This document shows, one piece after another, positions 26,626 to 39,100 of a stretch of DNA of 64,000 bases. Made by a program: the position numbers and the translations under genes. The notes beneath the pieces were generated by a model. The model was given only the letters and a program-made list of their open reading frames with translations. It searched no databases and was not told the DNA's origin. The number at the start of each line of letters is the position of its first letter. Within the stretch, counting starts at the first letter, position 1. Source of the stretch: Pocillopora verrucosa (taxonomy: Eukaryota); NCBI RefSeq assembly GCF_036669915.1, contig NC_089313.1, forward strand, positions 5,241,331 through 5,305,330, given 5' to 3'.

Positions 26626-29600
26626 TGCCACGCAATAAAAGGAGAGAATTTATGAGTAGTAAATTCATTTTTGATCAGTACAGGGAGGTACTAAGTTCTC
26701 ACTTACCCTGCTATGATTATTTGACTTAAACAAGAGAAGAAATTTTCATATGTTAAATATTTTTAACAGGTATTTACAAAGAATAGGGAACACATTGAAT
26801 GTAATCCCTACCTTTGTAGCCACCAACAAAAACACAAAATTTCCCAAACCTCAACATAAACATCAACAACAGTAGCATACATTGTACACTACCTGTCCAC
26901 TGTCACAATTCTATCTACAAATGCTTTTCATTCAAATAATTCATTCTTGTGTTTTTAAGTTACCTTGTTCCTCTGAATACCAAAGTTCAATTTTCCTGCA
27001 TAGACACCTCATACAACCCACATTTCCTCTATTCAATCAAAAACATCTGCTTAAAAACTGTTTACAGAGCCCAGTTTACAACATCAACTCAGTTGATAAA
27101 ATCAAATTAACTGTTTATATCCCCAACCTCCCCCCACCCCTCACCGATGAGACTTACCCCATTTAGTTTTGGGTTGTCATGTTAATGTTTGCGAGTATTT
27201 TTCAGTAGTTTTGAATTTCTTTTTGGTTCAGCTGCCATACCCAGGGTTCAGAGAATAATGGAAAAAAGAAAACTTATTTCAAATTATTCACTGAGTTGTC
27301 TTCAGGCAAGGATTGTGACTACCACTTTCCAGTTTTGTGAAGTGGTATCTTAAACCAAGTTCATTCAATGTGCAGTGTTTGTCCACATTTAATGCTCTAT
27401 TCTTAACACCAACATCAGGGATTGTTTGATGAGTTAGGGATAACTGTTGATAAAATTTTAGAAATGTGTTCTATTTATTTTGTGGCCAAAGAGGATTACC
27501 TTTGTCATTAATTTTCTATCATTGTGCTTTCTCAAACATTAAATTGGTATTTTTCATCTTTTTTAATGTACAGTGCTGTAAATGAATATTTTGTAGCAAA
27601 TGTTGTTATTCTTGAGCCTACATTTTCATAAACTATGAGCAGGCCATCATTATTAGTGCAGCAGGATGCTGGTGTCTCAGCCCACAGGAAGATTTGAGAC
27701 AAGTTGGTAAGGGGTTTGCCAAGGCCTCTTGCTGGTTTGTGTTTCTCACAGCTTGTTATTTCTGTGGGTAAAGTAACGCTCATGCTGAAGCCTGAAGGGC
27801 AGGCCATCATTTTTACTCTTCTGCTGCAAGTTAGCTCCATAATCCTCTTTGGTTAACAGTATTTATTGATTATTCATAAATTAAGGTCATATGTCTTACT
27901 TTAGGTTGAATGAAAAATGTGTAAGAAAATATGGTAGACAGTTGTTGCTAAATTGTTCCCACTTATTTGGAGTATGATGTGACAGCATTTATAAAGGTCT
28001 GTAATGACTCAGTGTAACATTATTTTGAAGTACAGAAAAAATTTAAACTGATTCCATATTGCCGTCTGTTCAGTAGTAGATCACAGATGACGTCAAAATG
28101 TGGTAAGTACACAAACATAGCACATAAGTCACAGGCAAGTGTGTCACTGATGTACTCACCACATTCTGACATCTTCTGTGTTCTGTTACTGTACAGACCC
28201 ACAGCAACATGTAAATTTTTTTTATCCTAGATATGATAAAACAGCAAAATGTTGTTAATGGCGACATCGTATTTGGGTCTGTCCTTCAATAGATCATAAG
28301 TAAGAACCAGTTAAGTCTTTAACTCCCAGATTAAATTTGAAATTCTCCTTACTCTCAACCATACAATTCTAATTGTGTTAGTTCAGAGAATTTAGTATCG
28401 GATCAACGAACTATACTCCAAATTAATATTTTACTTTATTTTCATCACTTATCTAGTCAACATTGTATTAATATTGTAAGGAGAAATTCAGGTTAATGAA
28501 GGTTTACCAGATTTGTGATGTAGTGACAGAAGATTAGGGATGAAAGTTTGTAATCTTGTTGCTTGATATTTTACACTCGTAATTTAAGATTTGTCACTTT
28601 TAAACTTCTGGCAATCTATTACCACATACTGGTCTTTGTATTAAAATGAAAACCACTCATTAAATATGTCGGACTCTATAGTTATAAAGAGTTATATGAT
28701 ATTGAAAATAGCGAAATTTGGAACCAGACATTTTTGATCATTGACTGCTGTAAGCAAAATGTAAGTAATCATTTAAACACCTTAAAGTCAAAGCATATTT
28801 ATGAGTAAATGATATTTTGCAAGGAAAATTTAATGTACTGATTTTTATTAAATGAGTTATTGTGCACAGTTGAGTTCTCATTTGTGAATTCCCCATGAGC
28901 AACAAACTTATCTTCTTCAAACCCTAAAGTATTGCAAGACAAAGTTTCAGGATAAAGTACCATGCAAGCCCTTCTTCATGCCTCTTAGATCCCATTCACA
29001 TCAAAGTCTAGACATGTTTTAGCCCTTTACACCCCAACATCAGTATGAATATTCTCCATACTGTTCTCTACAACAAGTGGGAATTTGTTCAACAATGAAG
29101 GGCTTCTTTAGTTGGTGATCATTTCCTTTATCTTGTGACCTTAATGTGAGAGTCATTGTACATTATACATTGTAAGGAGAAAATAAAAAGTAGTCACTCT
29201 TAGCCTCTATGATTCCCCCACTCTCTCCAAAGAAAAAGAGGAAAATACTGAAGATATTCCAATGGAATTACCAACTAAGAAAACTATATTCCATTGTTAT
29301 TTTGACAGATCTGCAAAGCTTACAATAAAATTTAGCTGGTGGAGAAGGAAGTGTTGTTTTTTTTTCCTTGGTTGCAAGACACTGGGGCAGAAGGTTCAAA
29401 CCTATTGGCTTCTGTTTGAGTTATAATATTTTTAGGTGTTATAGTTTGGACATGGGAACTTTCATCTTTCTCTTTAGCAATAACCATATTCCTATGGAAT
29501 ACCAAAGCAGGGGTGTAGCCTTTTCAATTTGTTTTAGGTTTGTTCCCTAAGAAAGTTCAATTTTTTTTAACATTTGCGAGGGTCACATTATAAAAGTAAA

Positions 29601-29635
29601 ATAGGCAGGAATAAGAATGTAGACCAGGTGCACGG

Positions 29636-29770
29636 GCCTATTGGCTGGCTACGTCACTTAAAGCGCAGTTGAAGTCTGTTACTCATACTGCATGCTGAAG
29701 TGATCTGGGTACTAGATTACAAATGATGATACTTATTTAAAGTCCTTACCTTAATCAAAGATGGCGGCTC
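29636..29770 (+). promoter_or_regulatory. MMAB: MMAB TATA-less promoter elements: inverted CCAAT box plus a CRE-like half-site, and a YY1-type AAGATGGCGGC initiator spanning the start codon
   Basis: cctATTGGctggctACGTCAc at 29637-29657; caaAGATGGCGGCtc at 29756-29770 (the ATG of this motif is the proposed start codon). Confidence 0.4.
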
Positions 29771-32700
29771 TTCTCACCTGTAAGCGCCTTCTCTGCCCCT
29801 CATCTTTTACATTCCAGCTGAGAAAAATGCGCAGTATTTTACTTACAAGTTTTATTGCAAGATGGAGCTCATCGAGGTAGTATGCTAAAATCAATTTATT
29901 CCATTAATGATTTTATCATAAAGGTGATTGATCTTAGTACGACCTTTGCCGTGCGACTAGTTCTCGTAGGCTGACAAAACTCGAGATGGTCGGTGGTCTA
30001 AGATATCGCATTAGGAGATTGACGAGTTGGATTTTAATTTCCAAGCTTAAGTCCTGGAAGGATCACTATGTTGTATTCTTTGGCGAAAAAAAAATTCACT
30101 TTCACACTTAAGAGCACCACGACTGTGCATCATATGAAATGTTTGGGCCGTTTGATCTTTTGACCTGAAATAGTGTACATTATTACAAAATTTTGTAAGG
30201 TTCACATCATCATTGTAAGCTACAACCTCTTCGTTTTTATGGCAGCCCTGTAGGACCAAAGATATATACCAGAACTGGAGATACAGGTAATTGAACATAC
30301 ACCAAAATAATTACGGTAATTTTCCCATACTTAATTTGAACTCATGGGTAGAGCATATTACACCAGAACATATCACAACATGCTTTAAACCTGTGATGAA
30401 ATGCACCTGCTTAATATAAGGCACAATGCACTGAGTCCACTATGCTATCATTTATTTTTCTCATCAAGAATGATATGTGCATCTTAATTCCTGTTTGGCC
30501 ATGTTTATGATCTGCTCTTAGAGTATGGCTATATTGAGGAAGATGCTTTGGCCTCACCTGTGATCAGGCATTCTTTTTATTCCAATGAGAACACCATATC
30601 GCAGGCTAGCTGTAACCCAGTGATTAATGCACAAGAGTGTAGATGGAGAGGTCTTGGACTTGAGCCCTGGTTTGTCATCCACCTTTTCATGGTTATTCAC
30701 TCTTACATAACCATTTGTCAGCAAAGATTATGGGATAGGTGGATTTGGGGTGATAGGCACATTTAACCCTCAAGCATTTGATTTCTCCTTACCATATTGC
30801 TGCTGAATCCAACTTAAAGGTTTAGAGAATAAAGGGAATGATCACCAACTAAAGAAACTCTTGGTTTTTTAATAAATTCTCCTTGTCTTGTACAAAAGGA
30901 AACATATAGAGAGCACTATGAAGAATATGCATACTGATGTCAAGCTGTAAACAAAGAATTGATTGCTTACAATTGGTTACAAAGTGCTCCTCAAAATATG
31001 TCCCAAGGTGCCTAAATTTTTTAAATCTTTAAACATTAGAATTGACCTCAGGACCATTACCATAAAACTGTAATCTGTGCAACCTTTGGGTTCCCTCATT
31101 GCAAAATTAATTCATAAAGGTCTGTAAAGTGTCAAAGCAAACCTGAGCAAATCTATTGGGCTAACACCTAATCTTTACTAAAAGTTATTATTTTTTCAAT
31201 GGGAATATTGATTTATCAGGTTACACAAGTACATATGGTGGAGAGCGTCGTGCAAAAACTGACCAACTGTTTGAGGCATTAGGAGAAAATGATGAATTAA
31301 ATTCTTTCATTGGGTAATACATTTGAACACCTGCTTTTTACTCTGTACATAGTATGTTTTACACATTATATTATTTGAAGCTTTATTGGATATGAATGAA
31401 AGGATAGGTATAATTTCAATGAGGGGATTCCTCAGACATTTCTGCTTTTTGTATGGCTAATTAAAAAATATATATTTCTTATTAGACATTTTGGTGTGCA
31501 GTATTGCTGAGTATTTTTACAAGTTGTGCCATGTTTTGATGGGTGAGTGAAAATACCAACAATGAGTTAAAATACTATTTATACTGCACACTAAAACGAC
31601 TAATAAGTTATTTAATATCCAACTGGTTCATTTGATATGCATTTCATATGAGGTAGGAAAAGCAAAGCAGATAGAGAAGCCTAGCATGCCCAGCAGATTG
31701 GTGAAATATTTTAAGGAACTTGATTTTAATGCAAAGTCTGTCCAGTTGTTACCCAGGCTTTACCGTGATGTTAAATGCTTCTAAATATTCTATGCCTTAA
31801 TTGCTGTAGTCAATTTATTCAGATGTAAATATGTGAACTCATTTAATATTTCTCTTTTTAGAAACTTATTGAACATTTTTTAAATTTTTACCATGGTAGT
31901 TGTGTTTTGTAAGTAATGTTAACCCTATTTTAATGTAGTTTCATGTTATGATTATTTTCACACAACCCCAAAAGCTTTGAGCTTTAAACCCTATCATGTT
32001 TAAGTAAAGGATATTACTATTATGACAGGTTTTTTTTCACAGTACAAAATAACCAACTGTTCAGTATCAAGGGATATTTGTACGCGACTCATATGTTATT
32101 TATACCTACTCTATTTAATGCAGTTGGATAACAATCAAGTTTATTGGCTTTATTATGTCGTAGACTAGCAAGTGAATTCTGTGAAGAAGCAGGGCATAAA
32201 GATGTTGTAGAAAAACTCGAGCAGGTAATGACTTTATTTGCTTTGCAGACAATTAATATGTTAATGGGATTGACCTGTAGTTTATTCTGATTTAACCCTT
32301 TGACCCTTTCACCCTTTGACCCCTCTTGTGTGTAACAACCCCTTACTTGCATTTCACAGAAACACTGCCAATTTTGAAACCTCTACAGATTCAGTGCATT
32401 CTGCAGGACATTGGTTCAAATATTGCAACACCTCGACAATCTTCATCTGAAAGGAAAATAGGTAAGAGAAACACAATATATTAATCATATGACATAGAAG
32501 ATTTGTTAAATCAGCCTGATGCTCCTAGGTTATCATAGGGACCTTGAAATGGACAGCTGTAATGGCCAAATTTCATTTTTTTTAAAACAAGTTGAGGAAA
32601 AATCGGTGGAGGGCAACCACTTTTTTGCAAATTGACTGTGACATAAACCTAAAATAAAGTATACTTATTGACTGAATCGGAGGGCCAAAAAGTAATATAT

Positions 32701-35484
32701 TTGGCTCATTAGGTCATGATACTATAACTTCTGAGAATTCTTAATCACGCAGTTGTACAAATTGAGACAAAGATGAAGAATAGTAGGCTTTAATTTTGTT
32801 TTCACTAGGTGAGGTTCCCACTTCCTTGTTTGGCTTTTCTCTTGTTCTTTTGAGTATTTTGTAATTCTGTTATTTTCATTGATGTTTCAGATATAGCTGT
32901 GACTTGTTTTTCAGTGGTGTAATTGCTCAAAAATATAGGCCCATTACACAAAAATTAGCTTACACACAATGTTGCTGTCAAAAATGTTCATTTTGGCTCC
33001 ATTTGCAACCTTCTGCAAGCTGTATGTTAACTTTAAAATAAAAAGAATTATTTCTTTGTTTTGATTTTTCAGAAAAAACTAAATTTAACCAGGAGAATGT
33101 GAAAACTCTGGAAGAATGGATAGATTCCTATCATATGCAACTTCCTTCACTCAGAAATTTTATTTTACCAGTGAGTGTCAATCTGATTTTACTGAGTGGC
33201 TAGAATCAACTTAAGTTTAATTTAAGGAACATAGCTCGCTTATGTTTGGTAATATGTACATGGAAAACTTGAACATGCTCATTGGTAGCAGATGGGAGAT
33301 GTGGTTGGAGAAGTGCCCCGGGCCTTGGGTGTAGAGTTGTGTTCTTGGGCAAAACACTTCATTCTTAAAATGCCTCTCTCCACCCAGAAGTATGAATAGG
33401 TGCTGACATGTTGTCAAGGAAGCCTGATGAAAGGCAGAAGAAACTTAGCAAACAGTAAATAATTGTTCATATCAAGTAAAATAATAATAGCTGCCAAGTC
33501 AGTTATTGATTAATTGATCTGTTCCTGAGATTGGAAAGCATGTTTAGTTTACCTGAAATGTTAAGAGTAGTAATCGATGAGGATTTTGTTTTTGTTGTTG
33601 TTGTTGTTGTTGTTTTTCAGTCAGGAGGGAAAAGCAGTGCAATGTTACATGTAGCAAGATCAGTTTGTCGTCGAGCTGAGAGAAGGTAGGCTGTTATGCT
33701 AATGTAATTTCTTTGCTCATTGTTCTCTCATGCCTATATTCAGTTCATTGGCCTGCATTGTGTGTGGGTTTTTCATTTGAAGGGGGGGGGGCTTGATTAA
33801 AATAAAGACAATATCACCACAATGAGCAGCGGAGGTTCTTCCGTCCCAAACCTCTTGCGACTTCATTACTAATTTTTGTGGATACACCATTCAATGCTGT
33901 AAAGCACATACAAAACCTATAGCCATGCTGGCTACTATTGTTAGATTCTGTATTCAAAAGATGAACCTTTTGAAAGGCGTAGTTGATCTTGTGTTATTGG
34001 CATCCACATTTGTGAACAACCACATGACAATGGTATATGAGTACGTAGGAAAAAAAGCCAGTCAAAGTTTTGCAGTGCGGCTGTGTTACTGGTACTAAAG
34101 AGGGTAAGTTTCTAAAGAAACTGTGGTGCTACGTCGGTGGAAGAGTATAACAGGGTAATTTAGAGTTATCAACTGAGTTGATAACGTAAATTGGCCACCG
34201 TATAGAGTTTTAAAGCTGACGTTTCGAGCCCTTCGTCTATGGCTTTGACGAAGGGCTAACGCTCCAAACGTCAGTTTCGAAACTCTTTACGGTTCCCATT
34301 TTACGTTATCAACCCAGTTGATAATACAAAATTACCCTGTGTTACTACCGTAATTTCCGGTCGTTTACCCGCACGGCCGATTACCCGCACCGGCCGATTA
34401 TTGCATACGGCGAAAGAAAAAGTCAACAGATTACCCGCACTGGTGGATAACCCGCACGTTATGTTATTCAACTTTTTGGTGGCGAAAACGTGACATTAAG
34501 GTGATACATTTCAGTCTTTTAAAAGTTGTCTGATCCAACTTTCGAAAACTTGAAAGCGTCTTTGTCGAGTTTAAAGGTCAAAGAAATTCAGACGCGTGCA
34601 CAATTCTGTGTCAATATTAGCATGTACTTTATTGATAAGATTATACAGTAAAAACACTAGCGGACCATGCCCAAATCTCAACGTTTCATAATTGACAGAA
34701 TGCGAATTTGTGGTCACATTTTGTGCGAGCGATCGTTCGGCGACATATTGATTTGTTGAAAAAAAGCTGGGTGAGTATTAGAACTTGAATTATAAAGTAC
34801 TGTCGGCGATTTCTGAAAAAAATCGATATCTCCGGTTCTATTGGGCTTAACAAGTCCCTTAAAACGGGAAAATTCTCTTTAGCTCAAGCTAGTGTTAAAT
34901 GGAAATTTGTTACTGATGCGCCGGATATCTTTGGATTATTTTTGTCACCATCAAGGTTTTGTTTTCACGCGTGCCGATAGCAATTTGTTCGTCGCGCAAC
35001 TAATTATGCGTGAAATAAACTCGAGTCGGCATCATGTTTTCGTGCCGCTTTGCGGCACTCTTAATACAATAAAATTCATTTGAGAGGTGGAAACGCATGT
35101 TGGTGATAATTTTTTTCAATTCAACTACCACTAGATTTTAAAATTGTCACATAACCCGCACCTCCCTATTACCCGCAGTGGCGCGCGTTTAATGCAAAAT
35201 CAACAGATTACCCGCGGGTTAACGACCGGAAATTACGGTAGTAAGCCGAAGAATAACTCTATACAAAGTTTAACTTGTTCTTTGGTTGTGGTTTTCTTGT
35301 GTAGAGTTGTTCCTTTGGTCCAGAGCGGAAGCGTAGATCCAGAAGTTGGAACTTTCTTAAACAGGTGATCTTAAGAATGAATTCATATCTCCGATTTGTC
35401 TTTGTCAGGAGATTCAACGAAAGTAATATAAGTTTTTAACAGTCGGAACTAAGTTTGCCTCCTTTACAACCAAGGGTGAGTTTG

Positions 35485-35516
<32 letters not shown>

Positions 35517-35990
35517 ATATAAAAAGATATTTTGGTTTTATCAACCGAGTCGAGAATGCAAATTGGCCTCCGTGAAGAGTTTCCGAGGCTGACGTTTTGA
35601 GCATTAGCCCTTAGTCATTCGCTCCGATGTATGGCTAACGCAGGGAACGTCAGCTTTAGCAGCTCTTTACGGCGGCCAATTAACATTACCAACTCAGTTG
35701 ATCAAACCAAATCATCTTGCCTCTCTTATGATTGATTAAGTTGGTTTTTTGCTGAACTTCCACCCTCAGTGCTGTGACAAATCAGACTGGAATCTACCTT
35801 TTTTTCGTTTTTGCGGAGGTTTCAACCCTATTTTAATGTAATTCTCTGTGAACTCAGTCCGTAATGACAACCGTTTTTAATTATAGTCTTTCTCTTTCCA
35901 AGGCTAAGTGATTTTCTCTTCACCACGGCGCGATTTGTCGCCAAAGAGGAAGGAAAACATGAGAAAATATATCGTCCAGTTCAAAGATGA
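29761..35990 (+). CDS. MMAB: Cob(I)yrinic acid a,c-diamide / cob(I)alamin adenosyltransferase, mitochondrial (MMAB, PduO-type ATR); 9 coding exons
   Basis: Exons: 29761..29876 (tentative; ATG inside an AAGATGGCGGC context; basic [38 protein letters not shown] looks like a mitochondrial presequence), 30254..30286 ([11 protein letters not shown]), 31220..31313 ([31 protein letters not shown]), 32164..32224, 32389..32461 ([15 protein letters not shown]), 33073..33170 ([21 protein letters not shown]), 33621..33685 ([21 protein letters not shown]), 35305..35364 ([20 protein letters not shown]), 35903..35990 ([23 protein letters not shown] then TGA 35988-35990). Phases are consistent from exon 2 to 9. 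The exon 1 donor as drawn (AG|GTAGTA at 29877) leaves the wrong phase for exon 2; see findings. AATAAA at 36157-36162. Confidence 0.8.
34139..34345. repeat. About 205-bp near-perfect hairpin (foldback) repeat; a second diverged copy at 35520-35705; both are preceded by a conserved roughly 60-bp leader (34100-34138 and 35468-35519)
   Basis: Left arm cagggtaatttagagttatcaactgagttgataacgtaaattggccaccgtatagagttttaaagctgacgtttcgagcccttcgtc pairs with right arm gacgaagggctaacgctccaaacgtcagtttcgaaactctttacggttcccattttacgttatcaacccagttgataatacaaaattaccctg. Both copies share the leader gtttctaaagaaactgtggtgctacgtcggtgg. The two copies flank MMAB exon 8 and the TA-flanked transposon. Confidence 0.6.
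34346..35240. mobile_element. Non-autonomous DNA transposon with 27-bp terminal inverted repeats and TA target-site duplication (Tc1/mariner-like insertion signature), about 890 bp
   Basis: 5' end TA|ccgtaatttccggtcgtttacccgc (34346-34372); 3' end gcgggttaacgaccggaaattacgg|TA (35214-35240). The TIRs match at 26 of 27 positions. Several sub-terminal ATTACCCGCA-type repeats; no ORF longer than 63 aa inside. Lies in MMAB intron 7. Confidence 0.7.
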
Positions 35991-36156
35991 AGTGCTTGGA
36001 AATTTGTGAAAATGTCCCGGATAAAAGTCGGACTTCACAGCTTCAGGATCGCGGACGGGGTTTTGAATTGGATAAATCCTCAAGGAATTAGAGCAGTTAT
36101 CAATTAAGAAACTGTCGATTAAGGGAAAAAAAGTAAACTTTATGAAAATAGAAAGA

Positions 36157-36162
36157 AAATAA
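36157..36162 (+). terminator. MMAB: MMAB polyadenylation signal AATAAA, about 170 nt after the stop codon
   Basis: gaaaATAAAcgctagc. Confidence 0.5.
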
Positions 36163-39100
36163 ACGCTAGCTGAGTTTACAACAAATTGTGTACTTTTGTC
36201 ATTCGTTTGTTGGATGACGATCTTGTGAAAGAAAGAAGGTGTACCCATTCAGTTTAAGTTTAAAGTGAGAATATTTATGAAGTCGTGAACCCAAGTTCTA
36301 TTTGTATTCGGTTCCTTTTAAAAATGATGATTAAAAAAGACTATTACATTGAGCAAGATTGATTGATACGTCATTGTTCATTGTAAGTTTTTGTTAGAGC
36401 GCTTTGCGATTGAGTATTGTGAACATAAAATCAAAGTAATCACAACGGCCAATCAGAAGTAAGGAAAATACTTCAAAGAGCCAATGAGAACTCAAAGTAA
36501 AACCAACCGAACTGCCTAAAGCGCGGGAAAACGCGGGCGACCAAGTCGTGATTGGTTTCAGTTTTGCATCTGATTGGTCGAGAGGGTGGTACGAGTTTTC
36601 TGGACCGTTCAGGAAAGGAAAACTGAAGCAGCATCAGATTACGTTCGACATTCAACTGAAAATTGCTCTATTATCAAGTGAAGAAAATAACCAGATAAGT
36701 AATTAGTGGTTCAAGTGCGTCGCACTTGTGTCCTCATCTCTTAGAATCAGAGCGCATCTTCAAAACCTTTCTTACTTGTATATCTTTGCCTGTGTTTCTT
36801 TATACCTCAATTAATTCCAGACGGCATTTCAGCGCTGTTGAAGTAAAACTTACTCTCAGTAAATCAAAATTACAGACAGCCAAGAGTGCAAACATTGGCA
36901 AAACTCGAACATCTTTTCCTAACGGGTGAAAACTTAGCATCGCAAAGGGAAGCATGACCAAGTTTTTCAGTAAACCCTGTATTAATACACATGAAAAAAT
37001 CACGCGCCTCTGATCGGCTGAAAACAGGTGCATTTTTCATGTAACATGAGTGCAGTTTTACACGAGTGCAAAGTACAAATAGCGCGTGCGCTATAAAAAT
37101 TTCGTCTGTCTAGACTTTCTGTAATGTCTTTTTCGCGTTAATTGTAAATAAATAATTTCATGATTTCTTGTGTAATTTGGTTTAAATAAGGAGTTATAAA
37201 TTTTTCAAAGACTACAAATTACACTCGCCCTACGGGCTTGTGAAATTTTGTCGTCTTTGAAAAAGGTACTCATGCTTATTTACTCCAAATTGCACTCGAA
37301 ATCATGTTATTTCGTATACTAAATTGACCTTTGTAAATGCGGCGATTCCCAAAAACCTTGCTTTATTTTTCCCTTTAACCCTCAACACCCTCACATCAGT
37401 ATCTACAATTAATTTACCCTCTTCAAGCTTGCCAGTAGCACTCTTTTGTCAATCAAAGTAGATTACACACTGGTCTCTGGCACAAGAATCGCTGAAAAAC
37501 ATCTTCATCTGAGTCTTGTCCGGAAACCAACGAATGAAGGGACCCCTCTCCTCACACGTGTTCCTTTACTCATTGTTAAACAGCCAGCACGCATGGTTAG
37601 CGCGGTCTTATGATCAGCTATATCTGTTGGGAGTTATTAGCATTCTGTTGTTGAGAGAAATAATAACTTCGCCGAGAGTAGGTAGTTTACACACTCGCTT
37701 TGTTCAAGTGATCGGATGAAATGTGGTTTCAGATTAACCTCGTGGAAACAGTTGTTTTGGTTTTTTTGGATTTGAAACAATAACGGAGAGTAATTTCCGA
37801 AACCGCCAAAACCATGCGTGATTTCGAAGTTTGCTCCAACTGCGTTTTAATACCGCAGCATTTTCCTTCACGCGTCTTTGTCTCAAGCGGAAAATTTTTT
37901 CGAACACAAAAGGGAGCAGTAGCGGATTAACCTTCAAGCTTAGTAGATACAGTTGCTTTGTTCCGATTGTTATTAGTGTATATGGACGTGCGTTTGTCTA
38001 AACGTAATCACTTTTGTATCAAAGGGAGAAAATGAGTCAGTGAAATTTTTGTTTCTTATGTTTTTCTTCATCGTTTTTGTTTTGGCTTTGACCCACGCTC
38101 GTGACAAAATGAAACATCTTTCTCTATAGTCTCTTCTAAGGAAATGGTGCACTTTGGCGGTTCGGAAGTTACCCGCCCTTTTTTTGAAGTGACAGAGGAA
38201 AAAATCCCAAGCAGCGTACAGAGACAATCACAAGAGATACGTGAGGGGTTTTGTGGCCATCACAAAACTGGAAAACCGACCAAAACGGATTTTCATGAAA
38301 ACCGCGACACCGCCGCGAAAACGGTGATTCATCCGAGGTGAATGGCGCTACACAACCGAAAAAAAACATTTTTATACTTAAAACTGGTCTGTTAAAAAAG
38401 AAAGAAATGAAAAGCCACTGTAGAGTAGATTAAGAGCACCAAAAAACCCCAAAGTCAAAGTCACACATGACCAAAACCGGAAAGGCGAAATAATTTAACG
38501 CCCCCTCATTCTATTGTGAAGCGTACCTTTGCTTGTTCTTCAATGCGCAATTGAACTTTTTCTCTCCGTCGATTTATCTGTGTGATCTATTATCTCGTTA
38601 ATCATGTCATTGACTATTTGAGAACTTTCTCGCAAGCTGAAACAAAGCAAAACAACCTTTGTTTTCCTCTATTTTTAGTCATTTTCCCAATCGACTGCTT
38701 ATCTCATAGGATCAGAGACAACGCTCACTACATTAGATTTCAGGCTCTGAGCCAAAGGTTGGGCCGAGACACTTAAAAGTTACTGTTCGATAAGGACGTT
38801 AAGTGAAATCAGGGTTTGCCACTATTGCTTGGAATTGAAAATTTTGTTCCGCCAAAAGATTTTACGATGATCTTTACATGTTGTTCAACGTTAGCATTTT
38901 ATAGTTCGAATGGGGTCCAAATCTTCTGTCCAGGCAAGGTTCTAAGAACCCATTAAAATTTGCGGCGCTGCCAATGTGGCTTCGTCGTTCAGTTGATAGT
39001 AGCGCCCCACTTATGTTTGGGAGTCACAGATACAGATCCCATCAAAGCACTTTAGGGCTTCTTTCAACGGTAGCTTTTATAGGCTTCACTCGCACTTCAA

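Noticed and set aside
26634-26639. AATAAA as definitive TBC1D10 poly(A) signal
   Set aside because: It lies only 9 nt after my tentative stop codon. It is kept as a caution on the terminal-exon call rather than annotated as a terminator.
35904-36248. 114-aa minus-strand ORF overlapping the last MMAB exon
   Set aside because: Opposite strand to a well-supported exon ([23 protein letters not shown]). No homology. Typical antisense ORF artefact.
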